Assembly (NCBI GenBank): GCA_965644265.1
Contig: OZ286467.1
Coordinates: forward strand, 15,252,001-15,316,000
Direction: 5' to 3'
Origin: Glycera tridactyla
Taxonomy: Eukaryota
Length of the DNA stretch: 64,000 bases
The position numbers and the translations under genes were made by a program. The stretch's first letter is position 1. Each line of letters opens with the position of its first letter. Positions 23,848-34,963 of this stretch are shown here, piece after piece. Under the pieces are notes generated by a model. That model saw only the letters and a program-made list of their open reading frames with translations. It did no database searches and was not told the DNA's origin.

Positions 23848-24309
23848 ATCTCGTGGGTGAGAGGGGGGGGGGGGGCAGCTTCCATCACTAAATGGGTAAC
23901 TGTTCATCAGAGACTCCATATTAGTTCCGGTAGACTGCCCCACTCTCAACCCCGTGTTCACTAGCATTATTAGAAATTTAAATTTTCATCAATAGCCCCA
24001 GGTATTGTCATCTTTCATGTATCCTATCTGTCATATACATGCCTTTGCCTCATTCATATTCATCCTTGCAACAGAAATCTCGTGGGTGAGAGGGGGGGGG
24101 GGGCAGCTTCCATCACTAAATGGGTAACTGTTCATCGGATACTCCATATTAGTTCCAGTAGACTGCCCCACTCTCAACCCCGTGTTCTCTAGCATCATTA
24201 GCAATTTAAATTTTCGTCAATAGCCCCAGGTATTGTCATCTTTCATGTATCCTATCTGTCATATACATGCCTTTGCTTCATTCATATTCATCCTTGCAAC
24301 AGAAATCTC
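23848..24309. repeat. Two tandem ~229-bp units in the SGNH-ORF2 spacer of LINE A (also at 19875-20220 and 26477-26711)
   Basis: ATCTCGTGGGTGAGA-Gn-CAGCTTCC...CATCCTTGCAACAGAA repeated with a few substitutions. Confidence 0.9.
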
Positions 24310-24704
24310 CCTACTAATTTGCTACACATCTGGGCTGCAGGACGTCTCTACCAGTATTTATCATATGACTTTCGGTTCATTTCACATGTCAAGAGACAAC
24401 ACCTTCTACCTATCGTTGTAGTGGGTGAGCATAGTGGGCATCTTCACAAGGGTCTAGAGAATTATTATTACATTGTTATGATATGCTAATGTCAACACTC
24501 GTATATTCGCATGCTCATCGGAGTAGCTGATCGTCAGAGATCCCCGAGTAGGCTTTACACCAGTGTCAACTTTCCATTTCATCAATTTTGAGTTATGCCC
24601 ATGATGCTCATACTCACATGATCATAGAGAGTATGATACGTCAAGTCTATCAAGTCATCTTCCCCTGCAACAAAATGGTATGATTAGTATTTAACACAAT
24701 GATA

Positions 24705-25624
24705 TCATTTTATCCACATTTTGTCCTGTTCCGAGTGCTTCCTTTTGATTGGAAGCTTTCTAATTTTGAACCATCTGTCCAGGGTCACTGATGTAATACA
24801 TGTAGCAACAGCAAGGTAGCCTTTCTCATTCAAATGTACATTGTCAGAAAACACAAAGCCCTGGAGGATATGTCCAAATCTTCGACCCCTTGTGCCATGT
24901 TTTGAGGTTATCTTGAAGGCAGATTGGGTTATTTCAAGATAATATCTATGTTCATACAGCATATGTAAATTTATTATCCCATCCAGAGGATTTGGGGGTC
25001 TGCATAAATTTTTGATGAACCCATCAATACATATGGCTAGTTGACGAGCTTCCAGGTTCCATTTCGGACACCAGAGAATGGGTACTGTTAGTATAATAGC
25101 GTTTGCAAACTTATCATGTGGCATGGCGGTGTTTCTTTGATGCATGTGGCAATTTGGGACAGATATGAATTTTGCAAATTCACAGTATTTCTCCTCTTTA
25201 TTCTAGGATCCAGATGATATGCCTTCCACTGTTCCCTCTTCTGGAAATTTTCAACGTCGTTCGTACCTAGTATCACGACCACAAAGTCTGGGACTATATT
25301 TGCATGTCTAATCCTTCTTAGAGTGTTTATATTTTTATTTCCCCAAGGTTCGAAATTTCCCTGAAATTCTTCTTTAAAGGACATCCAACACGCCCCGCCG
25401 ATACCATAGAAGTGTCACTCCTTAGCATGGTCTCTTACAGTTGGAGAAGGAAAAGTTCCAACCTGATTTCCCATGCGCACAGCATGGCTGGAGCCTGTGA
25501 CCAGTATCTGCGGTTTACCCCATTTCGCGATCAAGTTTCGATTTCTAAAGACAGGGCATCTGAATTCGCCAGCTGACGTAAGCAGTCTCTCATCGGCCTG
25601 TCCTTTGATCTCAGCCCTATCGAC
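24705..25624 (-). pseudogene. LINE A SGNH/GDSL hydrolase ORF, duplicated copy
   Basis: Same as 27107-28026, with the same stop and frameshift. Confidence 0.85.
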
Positions 25625-27106
25625 CTAAACAGACAAGCGGGGAACATTTATTCGATGAAATACGTTTACAGCATTATTTATTGTTTAGATGTGAGACCGA
25701 CGTGTTCCCTCACATATTTTAAACGAGCAAAGTATATGCATAAGGATCAGGTTCAAGTAGACGCCTGACCTATAATTAGGTCAGTATAGGTCAGCCAACT
25801 ATTTCGACACAATTCATTTGTTACAGATGTCGTTCTAAATGAGTAATATATTTTAATACCAACCAATACGGTGTGCGAATAGACTCTATCAAATTCCGCT
25901 AGTTCGCTGATATGTCTTTGAAGTTCCATTATTCGGTGTTCGGTATTTCGTGAAGAATGTCAAACACGTTCGATAGTTTCAATTGTTGTTTATCAATACG
26001 TTTGCGTGCCTCGTTGGCAGTGACCGTTTTTAATGGACGTCTAAAAGCGCTGGCGCTTGCCTCTTCGCATTTTTCTAGTTCATTCAAGTTCTGATAGCTC
26101 ACGCTAGGGGTTGGTTTATCACAACTCCTTTTATCAGTTGCGCGTTCTGAGAGCTGACCGGTAGATAGCCATGTTTGAAGGGGGTTGACACGTGGGATTC
26201 TATCTGTTTTTGTCCTGTTCAAGTCTGTCACCCTTTCAGTGTTCTCAGTGTGTTCAATACTCTCAGTGGATGTGTCTGCAGTATTTATTACAAACTGTTT
26301 TGAGCCGGTAGCAATCCCCTTTCCTCTAGTGGATTTGTTTGCCTGTTTCCCATTTTTCTGTTCTTTTGGCGGTGGTAGGTCATTTCTGTCTGACTGATCT
26401 GATCCTCTGGCGCCGGATTTGGAACTCAACTCCATCAACTCAGAAAGTATTTTAACAGAATGTAGGGGGACTCTGTGAAATCTCGTGGGTGAGAGGGGGG
26501 GGGGGCAGCTTCCATCACTAAATGGGTAACTGTTCATCGGATACTCCATATTAGTTCCAGTAGACTGCCCCACTCTCAACCCCGTGTTCTCTAGCATCAT
26601 TAGCAATTTAAATTTTCGTCAATAGCCCCAGGTATTGTCATCTTTCATGTATCCTATCTGTCATATACATGCCTTTGCTTCATTCATATTCATCCTTGCA
26701 ACAGAAATCTCCCTACTAATTTGCTACACATCTGGGCTGCAGGACGTCTCTACCAGTATTTATCATATGACTTTCGGTTCATTTCACATGTCAAGAGACA
26801 ACACCTTCTACCTATCGTTGTAGTGGGTGAGCATAGTGGGCATCTTCACAAGGGTCTAGAGAATTATTATTACATTGTTATGATATGCTAATGTCAACAC
26901 TTGTATATTCGCATGCTCATCGGAGTAGCTGATCGTCAGAGATCCCCGAGTAGGCTTTACACCAGTGTCAACTTTCCATTTCATCAATTTTGAGTTATGC
27001 CCATGATGCTCATACTCACATGATCATAGAGAGTATGATACGTCAAGTCTATCAAGTCATCTTCCCCTGCAACAAAATGGTATGATTAGTATTTAACACA
27101 ATGATA

Positions 27107-28026
27107 TCATTTTATCCACATTTTGTCCTGTTCCGAGTGCTTCCTTTTGATTGGAAGCTTTCTAATTTTGAACCATCTGTCCAGGGTCACTGATGTAATA
27201 CATGTAGCAACAGCAAGGTAGCCTTTCTCATTCAAATGTACATTGTCAGAAAACACAAAGCCCTGGAGGATATGTCCAAATCTTCGACCCCTTGTGCCAT
27301 GTTTTGAGGTTATCTTGAAGGCAGATTGGGTTATTTCAAGATAATATCTATGTTCATACAGCATATGTAAATTTATTATCCCATCCAGAGGATTTGGGGG
27401 TCTGCATAAATTTTTGATGAACCCATCAATACATATGGCTAGTTGACGAGCTTCCAGGTTCCATTTCGGACACCAGAGAATGGGTACTGTTAGTATAATA
27501 GCGTTTGCAAACTTATCATGTGGCATGGCGGTGTTTCTTTGATGCATGTGGCAATTTGAGACAGATATGAATTTTGCAAATTCACAGTATTTCTCCTCTT
27601 TATTCTAGGATCCAGATGATATGCCTTCCACTGTTCCCTCTTCTGGAAATTTTCAACGTCGTTCGTACCTAGTATCACGACCACAAAGTCTGGGACTATA
27701 TTTGCATGTCTAATCCTTCTTAGAGTGTTTATATTTTTATTTCTCCAAGGTTCGAAATTTCCCTGAAATTCTTCTTTAAAGGACATCCAACACGCCCCGC
27801 CGATACCATAGAAGTGTCACTCCTTAGCATGGTCTCTTACAGTTGGAGAAGGAAAAGTTCCAACCTGATTTCCCATGCGCACAGCATGGCTGGAGCCTGT
27901 GACCAGTATCTGCGGTTTACCCCATTTCGCGATCAAGTTTCGATTTCTAAAGACAGGGCATCTGAATTCGCCAGCTGACGTAAGCAGTCTCTCATCGGCC
28001 TGTCCTTTGATCTCAGCCCTATCGAC
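27107..28026 (-). pseudogene. LINE A stand-alone SGNH/GDSL hydrolase (esterase) ORF
   Basis: WGKPQILVTGSSHAVR (block I), HFYGIGG (block II), PDFVVVILGTNDV (block III), FSDNVHLNEKGY (block V). One TGA after HAKE and one frameshift near 27540. Confidence 0.85.
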
Positions 28027-28330
28027 CTAAACAGACAAGCGGGGAACATTTATTCGATGAAATACGTTTACAGCATTATTTATTGTTTAGATGTGAGACC
28101 GACGTGTTCCCTCACATATTTTAAACGAGCAAAGTATATGCATAAGGATCAGGTTCAAGTAGACGCCTGACCTATAATTAGGTCAGTATAGGTCAGCCAA
28201 CTATTTCGACACAATTCATTTGTTACAGATGTCGTTCTAAATGAGTAATATATTTTAATACCAACCAATACGGTGTGCGAATAGACTCTATCAAATTCCG
28301 CTAGTTCGCTGATATGTCTTTGAAGTTCCA

Positions 28331-29639
28331 TTATTCGGTGTTCGGTATTTCGTGAAGAATGTCAAACACGTTCGATAGTTTCAATTGTTGTTTATCAATA
28401 CGTTTGCGTGCCTCGTTGGCAGTGACCGTTTTTAATGGACGTCTAAAAGCGCTGGCGCTTGCCTCTTCGCATTTTTCTAGTTCATTCAAGTTCTGATAGC
28501 TCACGCTAGGGGTTGGTTTATCACAACTCCTTTTATCAGTTGCGCGTTCTGAGAGCTGACCGGTAGATAGCCATGTTTGAAGGGGGTTGACACGTGGGAT
28601 TCTATCTGTTTTTGTCCTGTTCAAGTCTGTCACCCTTTCAGTGTTCTCAGTGTGTTCAATACTCTCAGTGGATGTGTCTGCAGTATTTATTACAAACTGT
28701 TTTGAGCCGGTAGCAATCCCCTTTCCTCTAGTGGATTTGTTTGCCTGTTTCCCATTTTTCTGTTCTTTTGGCGGTGGTAGGTCATTTCTGTCTGACTGAT
28801 CTGATCCTCTGGCGCCGGATTTGGAACTCAACTCCATCAACTCAGAAAGTATTTTAACAGAATGTAGGGGGACTCTGTCTTTCTTCGATTTATCCGTTGA
28901 TGCGAAGATCTTGCCATCCCTTGTCCACACACTATTCAATCTGCCCTCAGTACGTGCCTTTTTAGCTCTAGAGAAGATGTCAGTTTCTTTAGGTGTTAGA
29001 TGTTCCCGGAAAAAGATCTTCGAATTACCCTTTTTGATAAATATGTCTTTCCGGAAATTCCCATGGATAAATCTGACTTTTACAGGCCGAGGCTTTCCGT
29101 CTTTGCCCGGAGGACCAAACCTTGTTAACTGAACAATATTTGCCCTCATTTGTCGTTGCTTTGTTGCCTACCACTTCTATCGATTTCTCGTTGTTCGTCA
29201 CCCTCTCCGCTATTCCACTTACTGTTTTGGTCAATTTAGCCACACTGTCAATCAGATCAATAGGGGCTGCTTCAGACTTCCTGTTTTTCAATTCCTCAGT
29301 TATTTGATCTACTAAGCCCTCTATCTTGGTGTCTGAATGTTTTAGTTTCTGTTTGTGTGATTGAACCACCTTAGCCATATCCTCTAGGCATTTCGTAATC
29401 TGTTCCTTTGCACCATCGTCACTTCTTATCACAGTATCTATAGATTCCTCAATGCTGGTCTCTACCCAGTCTTGCCACTCTTCTCTAAATCCTTCCACTT
29501 CCGCTGCCACTTTCAGTGGGACATGATCTTCCAGGTAGTTTTCACACGTCAAGAAAACCGCTGTTTTTAGTACAACATCCATGGATTTTAATTTGTTGTC
29601 TAATTTCTCGTGGACAATGTCACTCTCATCTTGAATTAA
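28331..29639 (-). pseudogene. LINE A ORF1: coiled coil + L1-type RRM/CTD remnant + low-complexity tail
   Basis: Heptad-rich 29025-29639. After a frameshift/deletion near 29145 it reads TRFG...PRPVKVRF...IFFREHLT...VWTRDGKIFA, typical of CR1/L1-type ORF1 RRM-CTD. Ends KLSNVFDILHEIPNTE. The 5' end is replaced by the LINE B tail. C-terminal part duplicated at 25929-26476. Confidence 0.8.
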
Positions 29640-30294
29640 GGCTTCAAGGCTTCAAAGGCTTCAAAGGCTTCAAAAATCTTTATTTTCCATAGGAGTGTAT
29701 CCCCGACACATCTCCCCCCCCCACAGAGTTTGACAATAGTTTCATGGTACATGCATTTCATGGCAATCCTAGCTATACTGGTCATGTAATTATTTCACAC
29801 AATATGATAACTTGTTTTGTGGAAAATAGTAAGATAAGTCACGATAAATCAAGGGTAATAGATAGATAGTAACCATTTTGCATATAAGCGGAGCATATAA
29901 TGTTCTGGCTATAGGCGCACACGTTTTTGGCACAGACACACAGGGAGCGGCGGCGGCATTCACCGAACATCTAACTACAAACATCACATCACAGCTTGTT
30001 CATATGGCAGGTAACATTCTGGTATCCTGACGTTCCAGGCTGCTATTTCATGATTTCATAGGTTTTCCAGGTTCAGAAATTCTAAATGTAATTGTGTCTT
30101 GTTCTGGCATTTCAATTCTCAATATTGGTGGTGGAGATCAGAACAGTGAGACAAGTCGAGGTGGTATGGAAGTATGAGAGCAACTGGGAAGACCAGGAGA
30201 CCAGTAAGGCATGGATTTTCATTGCTCATGATCATGTTGAGGCAGGGACCGAGTCTTGCCATGCATGTGTCACTTATACATTCATTCCTAGCTT

Positions 30295-33168
30295 TCACAC
30301 ATCAATCTTGTTCAGTCTCTTTTTGAAGATTGCAAGGCTACCGGCATCTTTTGTCTCTTTGGTCAGTCCGTTGTATTCTCTGGCCCCCCTAACTGATAGT
30401 CGTCTGTCCCCCATTATAGTCTTTGATCTTGGTATTTCAAGGAATTCTCCCATTTGTCGTCTTGTTATAGGGCCCTCCCGGGGTGTTCTTCTTGAGTATA
30501 GATTATTTAATGGAGGTGGGCTTAGATCATGTATCCCTTTGTAGACTTCAATACAAACATGTTTGTTCCGTCTTATATTTAGTGTATCCAGTCCTAATTC
30601 CGAGTGCATTTCACGTGTGCTCCTGAGAGCATCTGCCTGTAGAATTATCCTGCATGCTGAGTTTTGTATACGTTGTATTCTATTTGAGTCATTAGTGTTT
30701 ATCGTGTTGTATGAAACATCGCAGTAGTCTATGACCGGCAGGACTAGGGACTCGTAGAGCATGAGCGAGGTCTCTTGTGGGATATAGTTTCTTGCCCTGC
30801 CGATGACAGAGAGCTTACCTACACTACTTCCGAACAAGTAGTTTATGTGATTTGTAAAAGTCAGTTTGCAATCCAGCCAGACCCCCAGATACTTGAACTT
30901 TGATACCCGTTCGAGAATGATCCCCCCCATTATCATTTTGATGTTTTGATATTTTATGAGCTGTGTTTGGTGTCCAAAAATCATCCACTGGGTCTTTTTA
31001 GTATTTACAGTCAGTTTGTTCTCGTAGAACCAACCCTCTGCCTCAATGATACCCAGTTGGAGTTGGAGTTCTAGTTCGTCAGGTGTGTTTCCCCTATAGT
31101 ATACAGCGGTATCATCCGCATACATTTTTACTTCACAGCTAGGTATGTTCACTGGCAGGTCATTAATGAAAATTACGAATAACAGTGGTCCTAAGATGGA
31201 TCCCTGTGGGACCCCGCAGTTAATGTTAGCATACGTTGATCGGACCTCACCTATTTTTGTTTGCTGGCTTCTATTTTCGAAGTAATTTTTAAACCATTTA
31301 ATGCTGTTTTCATTTACCCCATACTTACTTAGTTTATATAATAATGTTTCATGGTCTACGGTATCAAAGGCCTTTTTCAGGTCCAGAAAGACCACTCCAA
31401 CAGCACCACCATCATTTATGCTATTATACATATCTTCGAGCAGTAATAGTAGGCAGGTGCTGGTGGAATGATGCTTTCTGAATCCTGATTGTGCGGAACA
31501 CAAAAGTCCATTGATACCGAGATACTTTGATAGTTGGCCATGGATTGCTCGTTCTATTAGCTTACTGATTACGGTGAGAACACTAATCGGTCTATAATTT
31601 GCAATGTCATCTTTTCTCCCACCCTTATAAATAGGACTTACTACTGCTTGCTTGTGTTCTTTGGGTATAATATTTGTTCTGATAGTTAGGTTGACTAAGT
31701 GTGCAAGTATTGGTATTATAGTCTGCTTCGCTGCTTTTAGTAGTCTGGCTGGTATGCCATCAATGCCAGTGGCTTTTGCATCCCCTATTTTTGTAAGTTC
31801 TTCATCTATAAAATCATTGTCTATTTGTGCTAGTACGAAGGGTGCTGCACCATCCGGTGTTTGGTTGGGTAAGTTTGTTTGCACCCCCCTTGGAAAGACG
31901 CTTGCGAGATTCCCCCCAATATCTGTGAAATATTTGTTGACTTGTTCTGCAATTTTCTTTTGGTCAGTCTCTTCTCCCAGTTTTGATAAATCCTTTGCCA
32001 GTCTCGAATTGGGTAGTAGCTTCCGTAGTGTCGCCCAAAGTTTCTTATAGTCGTATTTGTATCGTCTCAGAGCGTCATTGAAGTAATTATGTTTCAGGTC
32101 TCTTTTCAGTATTGAAGTCCGGTTTCTTGCACGTCGGTAGTTTTCCCAATTCTCGTCATTTCTGTCCATGTCGTATTTTTTCTTCAAGTCGTCCCGTTCA
32201 TCTATGTAACCATACATTTGACCAGTTTTCCATGGGACAGCGTTTTTATCTACCTCTCTCTTCTTCATTGGTAACATACTGTCCATGACTTTCACAAATT
32301 TGGTCTTAAATAAGGCCCAACCTTCTTCGCTGTCCACACTGCTTATCACCTCTTCCCAGTCCTCTTTTGCAACTTCATCGTTAAACCGTGTAGCATTAAA
32401 ACCTTTGTAACTCCTATACCAGATCTCGACCTTGTCTTTTTTTATGCACCCCTTTTTACGTAACCCCATCACAATGTTGTGGTCAGAAGCCCCGTGTGAC
32501 CTCACCCTTGTGTATCCGTACATGTCTTTATTGTTTGTCACAAAATGGTCAATTGTCGTCACCGTTTCATTTGTGATTCGTGTGTGATCCGTTATTAGTT
32601 GGTAGTAGTTTTGTTCGTCTAGCCAGTTGCGGTATCTATGTAGGTTCGGTGACTCACTGCTCCAATCAACATTTATATCCCCCATTATTACCAATTCAGT
32701 GTCTGGGATGGCGGTGGCAATTGCACATGCTTCACCCAGGAGTGAAAGACCCTCTTGTAAGTTTCCATCAGGTGGTCTATAGCAACAGCCAACAACAATT
32801 GGGCGTGTTTCCTTTAGTGAAATGGTTATCCAGCAGGCCTCAATGTCAGGGCTTGATATGTTTAGTTCTCCTAATTGGGTATAGATTAGTCTGTCACTGA
32901 TATACATTAGTGTTCCCCCTCCCGCAGTCTTTCCCAGTGATCTATCTCTGTCTTGTCTTATTAAAGAATATCCTGGTAACGAAATATCACTGTCACAGAT
33001 TGAGCTATTCAACCAACTTTCACTAATTGTCAGGACATCAGGTTTCGATTCGTGGAGGATTTTGTGGATTTCCTCAAGGTTCCTATAGGCACTTCTAGCA
33101 TTCCAGTGAAGCAGTGAGACACCTTTCTGTCTGCAGTCCTGGGTCAGGTTTCCGTCGTTATCTGTCAT
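30295..33168 (-). CDS. LINE B ORF2: intact APE endonuclease + reverse transcriptase (957 aa)
   Basis: LHWNARS, ISESWL, GCCYRPP, MGDINVD, SDH; YRPISVL, QSGFR, FLDLKKAFDTVDH, GVPQGSILGPLLF, MYADDT, FKYLGVWLD. ATG to stop without disruption. Confidence 0.96.
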   Translation of the reverse strand: MTDNDGNLTQDCRQKGVSLLHWNARSAYRNLEEIHKILHESKPDVLTISESWLNSSICDSDISLPGYSLIRQDRDRSLGKTAGGGTLMYISDRLIYTQLGELNISSPDIEACWITISLKETRPIVVGCCYRPPDGNLQEGLSLLGEACAIATAIPDTELVIMGDINVDWSSESPNLHRYRNWLDEQNYYQLITDHTRITNETVTTIDHFVTNNKDMYGYTRVRSHGASDHNIVMGLRKKGCIKKDKVEIWYRSYKGFNATRFNDEVAKEDWEEVISSVDSEEGWALFKTKFVKVMDSMLPMKKREVDKNAVPWKTGQMYGYIDERDDLKKKYDMDRNDENWENYRRARNRTSILKRDLKHNYFNDALRRYKYDYKKLWATLRKLLPNSRLAKDLSKLGEETDQKKIAEQVNKYFTDIGGNLASVFPRGVQTNLPNQTPDGAAPFVLAQIDNDFIDEELTKIGDAKATGIDGIPARLLKAAKQTIIPILAHLVNLTIRTNIIPKEHKQAVVSPIYKGGRKDDIANYRPISVLTVISKLIERAIHGQLSKYLGINGLLCSAQSGFRKHHSTSTCLLLLLEDMYNSINDGGAVGVVFLDLKKAFDTVDHETLLYKLSKYGVNENSIKWFKNYFENRSQQTKIGEVRSTYANINCGVPQGSILGPLLFVIFINDLPVNIPSCEVKMYADDTAVYYRGNTPDELELQLQLGIIEAEGWFYENKLTVNTKKTQWMIFGHQTQLIKYQNIKMIMGGIILERVSKFKYLGVWLDCKLTFTNHINYLFGSSVGKLSVIGRARNYIPQETSLMLYESLVLPVIDYCDVSYNTINTNDSNRIQRIQNSACRIILQADALRSTREMHSELGLDTLNIRRNKHVCIEVYKGIHDLSPPPLNNLYSRRTPREGPITRRQMGEFLEIPRSKTIMGDRRLSVRGAREYNGLTKETKDAGSLAIFKKRLNKIDV

Positions 33169-33317
33169 GTATGGTCATGTTGTAGATGTTTACCACCCCT
33201 TGCTGTGTGTGTCTATGTCCTCCCATTATATGGTTTGTATGTATATGATTGTCCGCTTACGTGTATAAATACTTGGTCCCGAGGTTGGGGCGTGGGCTAA
33301 TCCCCGTTGGATAACTT

Positions 33318-33930
33318 ATGACATCATGTGGTAGCATATATGTGAAGGTGTTATAGTTAATTTTTACTTTGCGACCGTGTCAGATGGTCAGATGTATCAC
33401 TGTATCACTGGTGGTGCGACGTATCTGGGAATATGGCCAGGCCTCCATCCCGGGTATCTCCAGATAAATTTCACATCAGACCACCCGTGGCAACTGTATT
33501 ACCTCTGATTCAGCCGTCGGTCCGAATAATTTGAAGAACGATGACATCATATGGTAGTATATTTTCATTCTGCGGGAGTGTTGTGGTTATTTTACTTTAC
33601 GGCAGTGTCAGATGATCAGGTGCATCACTGTGTCACTGGTGGTGCGATGTATCCGGGAATATGGCCAGGCCTCCATCCCGGGTATTTCCAGATAGATTTC
33701 ACATCAGACCACCCGTGGCAACCGTATTACCTCTGATTCAACTGTCAATCTCAGTATTCTTAGAGATTTTCCAGTTCTGAAGGACAGCACTGGTCTTACA
33801 TTTTCTAAGAGCATATCATAGGTAGACCAGCCAGATAGGGTACTTAATTCCGTGCAGTGTAGACGACACCGGGTATCTCCGGTAGCACTGATGTCAACAC
33901 AAATAGCCAGGCATCCATCCCGGGTTCGCA
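33318..33930. repeat. Two diverged ~223-bp tandem units plus a partial third, upstream of LINE B ORF2
   Basis: ATGACATCAT...GGCCAGGCCTCCATCCCGGGTAT...CCACCCGTGGCAAC restarts at 33318 and 33541; partial copy at 33865-33930. Confidence 0.88.
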
Positions 33931-34469
33931 TTGCTCACAACTAGTGCTACAAGAAGCACTCCGACTTCCTCCTTGCTGCTTTGTAGTACATGGTGCGGAT
34001 GTCTACTGTCTATTGATTTTCAATTGATCCAGCTGTCTTGATTTTTTTAATTTGTCTAGCTGTCATGTGTCTGTATGCTAGATTCTAAGCCTCGAGGTTG
34101 TTATTAAAAGAGCATGGTGGACAGATAGTTGGTGAACCATGGTTATGTGCATTAATAGTATTCAGATCCAGAACCAGAAACAATAACAGAAAAAGGTGTT
34201 AAGTTGGTGCGATGTAGCAATATTATTTTTATTTTCTCATTTGTGCAGCATTTATTTCATTTCAGTCAGTAGTTTGGTATCGCTTTAGTCATACTAAGTC
34301 AGATTAATATCATTTATTACGCTATGAGAATATTTTAGATTAAGTCGAGTTTGGCTATAAAAGACCTGGATTTAGGTTTAATTCAGAGGTGCTAAGAGGT
34401 GTGATGGGGTTGTCTGGGCATACATACTCATTTCTTTATACTTTGTTACCCTCATGTTTTATTTTTGTT

Positions 34470-34926
34470 TTTGTCACCTCAGTCACACATGCAGACATAC
34501 TTCATTCATTCGTGTATGATAATATTGGTACATTTCATGGCACATATTAATATGTATGGATCCCATTCATCCAGCTCCTGTATCTGGCACACGCGCCCAC
34601 TAGTGTTCACCTCCTTGCATTCTCACTCGTCCACATATGCTCACATATTCACATATTATTATCAATCATGTTCACATTTTCACATATCATTATCAATCGG
34701 TATACTTCATTAGGCAGGCATATCCCAGTTTTTCGTGAAGTGGTATACATTGTGTTATTGGTCAGTGTGCTCCTCATTCCAGGCGTCCCCTCGCATGCAC
34801 ATGCACACGCACGCGCACATTTGATAGAGACAGATTTGCTCATACTCGACCATGCGCTAGCTCACATATTCATCTACTCATTGAAGAGTGGCAATTGTTA
34901 TTGCCTTCAGATACCTCCACAACTAC

Positions 34927-34963
<37 letters not shown>

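Larger units (their letters stand above)
16247..24194. repeat. Tandem duplication, 3974-bp unit (16247-20220 / 20221-24194)
   Basis: Constant offset of 3973-3974. At least 4 substitutions plus homopolymer-length differences. Junction CTCTAGCA|GACAGGG. Confidence 0.93.
24074..28878. repeat. Tandem duplication, ~2402-bp unit (24074-26476 / 26477-28878)
   Basis: Constant offset of 2402 (e.g. ORFs 24705/27107, 25929/28331). At least 3 substitutions. Junction GACTCTGT|GAAATCTC. Confidence 0.93.
10964..29639 (-). mobile_element. LINE A (CR1/L2 group): ORF1 - SGNH ORF - spacer - ORF2, interrupted by DIRS and internally duplicated
   Basis: 3' end reads AATAAAGAGTTAAAACAAAAACAAAAC on the minus strand (10964-10990). 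ORF2 halves at 11621-11974 and 16825-19590 rejoin in frame. SGNH and ORF1 lie upstream on the same strand. The 5' end is missing at 29639. Confidence 0.8.

Noticed and set aside
3405-33000. Many 60-140 aa ORFs antisense to or overlapping the LINE and DIRS coding regions (e.g. 3792-4169, 12308-12664, 18272-18691, 30092-30544, 31652-32050)
   Set aside because: Shadow frames of real ORFs with no recognisable motifs.
33560-33930. NTRDGGLAIF in the 223-bp repeats resembling an APE GGGVAIY motif
   Set aside because: Flanked by stops in every copy and no other APE motifs are present.
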